Below are positions 6,715-11,622 of a DNA stretch of 11,622 nt, in pieces. The stretch lies in assembly GCA_037441675.1 (NCBI GenBank), contig JBBIRS010000005.1, forward strand, positions 1-11,622, read 5' to 3'. Position 1 is the first letter of the stretch; each line of letters begins with the position of its first letter. The stretch is from Planctomycetales bacterium. Its GTDB lineage: Bacteria; 4484-113. A program made the position numbers and the translations under genes. The notes under the pieces were generated by a model. It searched no databases and was not told where the DNA came from. It saw only the letters and a program-made list of their open reading frames with translations.

Positions 6715-8226
6715 ATGTCTTTCCCGCATAAAGACCTTAGGGAATTCATTTCGGAACTGAATTCTGCTGGAGAGCTAATTAGAGTTAGAGAGAGAATCTC
6801 TCCAATTCTAGAAATAACCGAAATAACGGACAGAATGAGCAAATCCCCTGCGGTGAAAGTTCCTCCAAATACCCCACAATTTTTATCAAGCGGTGGTTCT
6901 GCTCTTATTTTTGAGAAACCTGAAGGTTACGAAATCCCAGTAGCGATTAACCTTTTTGGTTCGTTAAGTAGAATCTCAATGGCTCTTGGAGTAACGCATC
7001 CGAATGAAATTGCTTCGCGCATAGAAGAGATACTCAATCTCAAACCTCCAAAGGGGATAATCGAACAGCTGGCGTTTTTGCCAAAACTAATAGAAGCGAC
7101 GAAGTATCCACCGCGCGAGGTGAAATCCGCGCCCTCTCAGGAAGTGATACTTAAGGGCGATGAGGTTGACCTGAATAAGTTTCCCATCCTCAAGTGCTGG
7201 CCGAAGGATGGCGGTCGTTTTATCACTTATCCGCTTGTGGTCTCAATGGATCCGCGAACTGGCAAGCGCAACCTTGGTCTTTACCGAATGCAAGTATACT
7301 CTAAGAACGAAACCGCGATGCATTGGCACATTCACAAGGATGGCGCGAGCCATTTTCACTGGGCACGAGTGCGAGGTGAAGTCCTTCCCGTCTCAGTCGC
7401 CATAGGAGCTGACCCGGTAACCTGCTACTCAGCTTCCGCCCCCCTTCCCGCGGGACTTGACGAATTTCTCTTCGCAGGGTTTATACGTGGAAAGCCCGTG
7501 GAGCTTGTCAAGTGCAGAACAAACGACCTTCTCGTTCCCGCAAGTGCGGAGATTGTCCTTGAAGGTTACGTTGACCCAAGTGAACCATTGCGCGTTGAAG
7601 GTCCCTTCGGCGATCACACTGGATATTACTCACTTGAGGACTATTATCCCGTTTTCCATATTACCGCCATCACGCACAGGAAAGACCCCATTTACCACAC
7701 CACCATAGTCGGTAAACCTCCGCAGGAGGATTACTTCCTAGGTTATGCGACTGTCCGCATATTTCTTCCAATGATAAAGCTAGTTCTTCCCGAGGTTGTG
7801 GATATGTGCTGTCCGCCGGAGGGAGTTTTTCACAACTGCGTCATTGTCTCAATTGAGAAGCGCTATCCCGTTCAGGCCCGAAAGGTAATGGCGGGACTCT
7901 GGGGAATGGGGCAGATGAGCTTTGCCAAGCTCATAATCGTTGTTGATGCGGACTGTCCCGTTGAGGATTTGCACGAGGTTGCCTTCCGCGCCTTCAACAA
8001 CGTTGACCCCAAGCGAGATATTATGTTCTTTGAAGGACCCGTGGATGTTCTTGACCATCCAGCGCCTCTGCCCGTTTTTGGGAGCAAGATTGGCGTTGAT
8101 GCCACGCATAAGATTGAAGGCGAAGGCGCTCGTGAGCCCTGGCCCGGACAAATACTTATGTCAGATGACGTGAAGAAAAAAATGGACTCCCTCTGGAAAG
8201 AACTTGTGAAAAACTTCCCCCCTTAA
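6715..8226 (+). CDS. ubiD: UbiD-family (prFMN-dependent) decarboxylase, likely the menaquinone-biosynthesis (futalosine pathway, MqnL-like) type
   Basis: 503 aa; DLREFI, LEITEITDR, PILKCWPKDGGRFIT, RNLGLYRMQ, MHWHIHKDG, EGPFGDHTGYY, DVLDH, GSKIGVDAT. The subfamily call rests on recalled motif resemblance only. Confidence 0.92.
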   Translation: MSFPHKDLREFISELNSAGELIRVRERISPILEITEITDRMSKSPAVKVPPNTPQFLSSGGSALIFEKPEGYEIPVAINLFGSLSRISMALGVTHPNEIASRIEEILNLKPPKGIIEQLAFLPKLIEATKYPPREVKSAPSQEVILKGDEVDLNKFPILKCWPKDGGRFITYPLVVSMDPRTGKRNLGLYRMQVYSKNETAMHWHIHKDGASHFHWARVRGEVLPVSVAIGADPVTCYSASAPLPAGLDEFLFAGFIRGKPVELVKCRTNDLLVPASAEIVLEGYVDPSEPLRVEGPFGDHTGYYSLEDYYPVFHITAITHRKDPIYHTTIVGKPPQEDYFLGYATVRIFLPMIKLVLPEVVDMCCPPEGVFHNCVIVSIEKRYPVQARKVMAGLWGMGQMSFAKLIIVVDADCPVEDLHEVAFRAFNNVDPKRDIMFFEGPVDVLDHPAPLPVFGSKIGVDATHKIEGEGAREPWPGQILMSDDVKKKMDSLWKELVKNFPP

Positions 8227-8260
8227 CAGGAACACACCCTTTATTGGCGTGGCAATCCCT

Positions 8261-8483
8261 CTGTAGGGCGGATTTACACTGAAGGGCAGATCCTGAAGTG
8301 AGGCTTGCTCACACCTGCGCGCTTGCACCCGCCGTCGCCTCCCCTTGGATCAAGCCCGTCTCGGACGAGTCCTCACTCAATCTGTACGCCAACCATCTTT
8401 GGCTCCCCGTGATCCCATTCCTCTTGGCGGGATACAGGTCCCCCCCCTACAGTTTCGGCGTCATACAAGTTGACGCCCCACAG
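8261..8483. repeat. Cluster of GTAG-class REP-like palindromic elements (cluster 1)
   Basis: GGCGGGA-TACAGGT-CCCCCCCCTACAG (8426-8452), GGCGTCA-TACAAGT-TGACGCCCCACAG (8457-8483), and inverted partial copies at 8261-8278 and 8321-8341. Shares sequence with 11490-11584. Confidence 0.7.
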
Positions 8484-8544
8484 CGAAATTCCACCGCAAT
8501 TCGAGTTTCGCTGTCGGCATTTAGAGGAAAAATATTTGCATTCC

Positions 8545-8553
8545 TGGTAGAAT
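8545..8553 (+). promoter_or_regulatory. Extended -10 promoter element for lpdA
   Basis: TGgTAGAAT lies 34 nt upstream of ATG 8588; SD AGGAGG at 8576-8581. Confidence 0.5.
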
Positions 8554-8587
8554 TCTGAAAGTCTTCGTCTTCTTCAGGAGGATTATT

Positions 8588-9979
8588 ATGGCTAATTATA
8601 ATCTTGCGGTGATAGGCGCCGGTCCTGGAGGTTATGTATCCGCAATTCGCGCTACTCAACTTGGAATGAAAACAGTGATTGTAGAAAAAGAGTTTTGGGG
8701 AGGTGTTTGCTTGAATGTTGGTTGTATCCCTAGTAAATGCCTGCTGGAAGATACCCACCTTCTATACGAGCTTAACAACTCAGCCGAGCGAGGTATTAAG
8801 ACGAAAGGTTTGGAAGTGCGCTGGGAAGAGATTCAGATGCGCAAGGAAAAGGTGGTGAAGCAATTTACCGAGGGCGTCCAATTTCTTCTTAAGAAGAATG
8901 GTGTAGATATGAAAATTGGAAGTGCACGGTTTGTTGATTCAGGCAGATTAAAGATAATTAGTCCTGCTGAACACGAAGCAGAAGTATCCGCAGACTTTTT
9001 TCTCATCGCCACAGGTGGGAGACCGGCGGAACTTCCGCATATTAAGATTGACCACGAATTTGTAATTGATTCAACAGACGCGCTGTCGCTTAAGGAGATT
9101 CCGAAAAAGCTCTTGATTATTGGTGCAGGCGCGATAGGGCTAGAGCTTGGAAGCGTTTATGCGCGTCTTGGAAGCGAAGTTGTTAATGTGGAAATTATGC
9201 CAGAGTGCCTGCCGGGGACGGATAAGGAAATTGCAGGAGCGCTAAGGCGTGAGCTTGAAAAGCAAGGCTTGAAGATACATCTTGATTCCAAAGTTGACGA
9301 GGTTCAGATGAAGGGAAAAGGGCTTACCGTCAAGGTTTCAGGCAAGTTTAACGGGGAGATTTCCGCGGATAAGGTGCTTCTTTCGGTTGGAAGAGTTCCA
9401 AATACAGAAAATCTTGGACTTGAGCGAGCTGGCGTAAATGTTGAAAAGCGTGGTTTCATTTTAGTTAATGAAAACTTTCAGACCAGCTCACCAAACATTT
9501 ACGCAATAGGCGACGTAATTGGCGGTAAGCAGTTAGCACATAAGGCTTCCTATGAAGGTGAATGCGCGGTGGAAATTATGGCGGGACACAAGCCATATCT
9601 ACATAGACCAATCGCGGGCGTTGTATATACAAGCCCGGAGGTGGCAAGCGTCGGGCTGAGCGAGGATGAGGCTAAAGAGAAGGGATTGAACATCAAGGTT
9701 GGAAAGTTTCTCTTCCGTGCGAACGGACGTGCGCTTTCAATGAATGCGCCTGCAGGTTTGGCAAAGGTTATCGCCAACAGAGATACGGACGAAGTTATTG
9801 GCGTGCATATCCTTGGACCGTACGCAGGCGAACTAATCGCGGAAGCGGTAATGGCAATGACACTTGGCGCAAGCCTAGAGGAGTATCAGCTTGCAGTGCG
9901 AGCGCATCCAACCCTCTCCGAGGCTCTGAGGGAAGCCTCACTCTCCTCGGAAAAGCGCGCCATACATAAAGTTGATTAG
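8588..9979 (+). CDS. lpdA: Dihydrolipoamide dehydrogenase (E3)
   Basis: 463 aa; FAD motif IGAGPGGY, redox disulfide GGVCLNVGCIPSK, NAD motif IGAGAIGLE, IYAIGDV, LAHKA, C-terminal HPTLSE; strong SD. Confidence 0.96.
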   Translation: MANYNLAVIGAGPGGYVSAIRATQLGMKTVIVEKEFWGGVCLNVGCIPSKCLLEDTHLLYELNNSAERGIKTKGLEVRWEEIQMRKEKVVKQFTEGVQFLLKKNGVDMKIGSARFVDSGRLKIISPAEHEAEVSADFFLIATGGRPAELPHIKIDHEFVIDSTDALSLKEIPKKLLIIGAGAIGLELGSVYARLGSEVVNVEIMPECLPGTDKEIAGALRRELEKQGLKIHLDSKVDEVQMKGKGLTVKVSGKFNGEISADKVLLSVGRVPNTENLGLERAGVNVEKRGFILVNENFQTSSPNIYAIGDVIGGKQLAHKASYEGECAVEIMAGHKPYLHRPIAGVVYTSPEVASVGLSEDEAKEKGLNIKVGKFLFRANGRALSMNAPAGLAKVIANRDTDEVIGVHILGPYAGELIAEAVMAMTLGASLEEYQLAVRAHPTLSEALREASLSSEKRAIHKVD

Positions 9980-10011
9980 CGGATTTTAGCGCAGTATGCG
10001 GTATATAAACT

Positions 10012-11307
10012 ATGCCCGCGATTTTCATCATCATCCTGAGTTTCGTAATCGTCGTAGCCCTTGCGCGGTTTAAGGTTCCCATCTTCGGCGGGCTTTTTTT
10101 CGCTACTCTTCTTATCGCCAGATACCAGCATCTTCCACTGAAGAGTCTAGCTTCTTCATTCTTGAAAACCCTTGAGGATTCTGAAACTATCTCCCTTGTC
10201 ATCATAATCGTCCTCATCACCCTCTATTCACTGCAACTTCAGGCGAGTGGTAGGCTGACGAGAATAGTCGAAAGCGCTAGAGATGCTCTGAGAAGCAGGC
10301 GGTTAAGGCTAACGATTTTCCCCGCGCTGATTGGGCTTTTGCCAATGCCGGGAGGCGCAATCTTCTCTGCCCCAATGGTCGAGGAAGCGGGTAAAGATCT
10401 GCCCCTGAGCCAACACCAGCTTACCGCAATAAACTACTGGTTTCGGCACATCTGGGAATTTTGGTGGCCAATGTATCCCGGAGTTCTTTTGGCGGTCTCG
10501 CTGACAAAAGTTTCGCTTCCTTTTTACATTTTGAGCGCAATACCTCTAACGGTTGTTGCGATTTTATTAGGCATTGCGACGATGTTCCGTGGGCTTGGCA
10601 GGGCAAACATAATAAAGAGCTCTGGAAATAACGCACGCGGTGGGGAAAATCGGCGGAGAGTCGCTCGTAAGTTCTTTATGGATCTTTCGCCACTCATTCT
10701 GGTCGTTGCTGGTGCTGTGGGGCTAGAAGCTTTGAGGGAATTCTTGAACGAAAGAGGCTTCTCACTGCTTCCTCAGGTTCCAAGAGCTGGAGTAATTCTC
10801 GCGGTGCTTATCCCAATTTTAGCTATTGCTAATAAGGAGAAATCAGCATTTATAAAGTCTCTAAATAAGTGGTTTGAAAGGGGCAACGTGGAAATGCTAC
10901 TCGCTGTTATTCTTGCGATGTGGTATAAAGAAATCCTCACGAGCAGTGGAGTGGTTGATTCTGCGGTGAATGAGCTAATCGGCGCAAGGATACCGCTTTT
11001 GCTTCTTATTTTCCTTCTGCCATTTCTTGGTGGGCTAATAACGGGAATAAACGTGGCGGGGGTGGGCGTTTCATTTCCGATAATCATCGGACTTGCGCAG
11101 GCGCAGACAATGCCGATGCTGGCAACCACAATTTTCGCTTACTGCGCAGTCCATATGGGCGTGATGGCAAGCCCGATACACTTTTGCTTTATTCTGAGCA
11201 AGGAGTTTTTCAAAAGCGACTACGCGAAAGTGGCAATGCTTATTACTCCCTCAGAACTCGCGGTAACAATTATGGCGTATTTAATTGCCAAATTCTCCGG
11301 AATGTGA
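10012..11307 (+). CDS. DUF401-family integral membrane protein (putative transporter)
   Basis: 431 aa with many hydrophobic segments; motifs PALIGLLPMPGGAIFSAPMV, INYWFRHIWEFWWPMYPG and SPIHFCF recalled as typical of DUF401. Confidence 0.85.
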   Translation: MPAIFIIILSFVIVVALARFKVPIFGGLFFATLLIARYQHLPLKSLASSFLKTLEDSETISLVIIIVLITLYSLQLQASGRLTRIVESARDALRSRRLRLTIFPALIGLLPMPGGAIFSAPMVEEAGKDLPLSQHQLTAINYWFRHIWEFWWPMYPGVLLAVSLTKVSLPFYILSAIPLTVVAILLGIATMFRGLGRANIIKSSGNNARGGENRRRVARKFFMDLSPLILVVAGAVGLEALREFLNERGFSLLPQVPRAGVILAVLIPILAIANKEKSAFIKSLNKWFERGNVEMLLAVILAMWYKEILTSSGVVDSAVNELIGARIPLLLLIFLLPFLGGLITGINVAGVGVSFPIIIGLAQAQTMPMLATTIFAYCAVHMGVMASPIHFCFILSKEFFKSDYAKVAMLITPSELAVTIMAYLIAKFSGM

Positions 11308-11489
11308 AACCGCGCAAGGGAGGCAACAAGTGATTTAAGTGAATGTGGAGTAATTGATACGGGGTTGACGGTTGCGATTAGTAAGAAAGAGACCTAAATA
11401 CAGCGGATATTATTTTGATATCAGCATTGGTGGAAATGTGGTGAACCTGATTTGCGTGGAAATTTCCTGAAGGCTTGCATGCAAAAGGA

Positions 11490-11584
11490 GGGGCGTCAAC
11501 TTGTATGACGCGGTATTCGGCGGGAAGTAACCCCCCCTACAGTCTGAATGAGGCGACCGCGGGGTGCAAGTCCACGTCCTACAG
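11490..11584. repeat. Cluster of GTAG-class REP-like palindromic elements (cluster 2)
   Basis: 11490-11511 is the exact reverse complement of 8458-8479. GGCGGGA-AGTAA-CCCCCCCTACAG (11519-11542) parallels 8426-8452. GCGGGG-TGCAAGT-CCACGTCCTACAG at 11559-11584. Confidence 0.7.
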
Positions 11585-11622
11585 GGGTAAGGCGGTTTCT
11601 ACTACCAATTCCGGCACACTTT

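Noticed and set aside
8426..8483. CRISPR mini-array (two 27-nt units, 31-bp period)
   Set aside because: The units differ in their stems, the gap is only 4 nt, and no cas genes are present; REP-like doublets explain it better.
8298..8758. ORFs 8298..8558 (+) and 8447..8758 (-)
   Set aside because: They run through REP-like repeats and the lpdA promoter or antisense strand, with no convincing SD or protein motif.
9550..11129. Minus-strand ORFs 9550..9777, 9795..10220, 10421..10636 and 10773..11129, and the short ORFs inside pilT, pilB and ubiD
   Set aside because: Antisense or alternate-frame shadows of well-supported genes.
11559..11580. tRNA T-arm or cobalamin riboswitch fragment (GGGGTGCAAGTCC)
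   Set aside because: No cloverleaf, acceptor stem or B12 box around it; it matches the REP-like family instead.
1..11622. Alternative genetic code (TGA = Gly or Trp)
   Set aside because: Only one internal TGA is seen, the five intact genes have none, DUF401 ends in TGA, and readthrough does not repair the two frame changes.

Overview
Bacterial chromosomal window with two parts. Bases 1-2981 (+) hold a large soluble-adenylyl-cyclase-like STAND gene (two class III cyclase domains, P-loop ATPase, TPR region) that starts upstream of the window. It is broken into four pieces by two frame changes at A-runs and one in-frame TGA, and it appears to lack internal segments. The second frame change sits on a canonical A_AAA_AAG slippery heptamer with an upstream internal Shine-Dalgarno. 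A strand-skewed, repeat-rich spacer (2982-3367) separates it from a convergent type IV pilus ATPase pair (pilB with MshEN motifs, pilT; - strand; no pilC). Three + strand housekeeping-type genes follow: a UbiD/MqnL-family decarboxylase, dihydrolipoamide dehydrogenase (lpdA) and a DUF401 membrane protein. The clearest non-coding signal is a family of about seven GTAG-class REP-like hairpins with a conserved loop and CCTACAG tail but different stems, in two clusters that bracket lpdA-DUF401. No rRNA, tRNA, CRISPR array or transposase was recognised. All calls come from reading motifs by eye; no database search was run.
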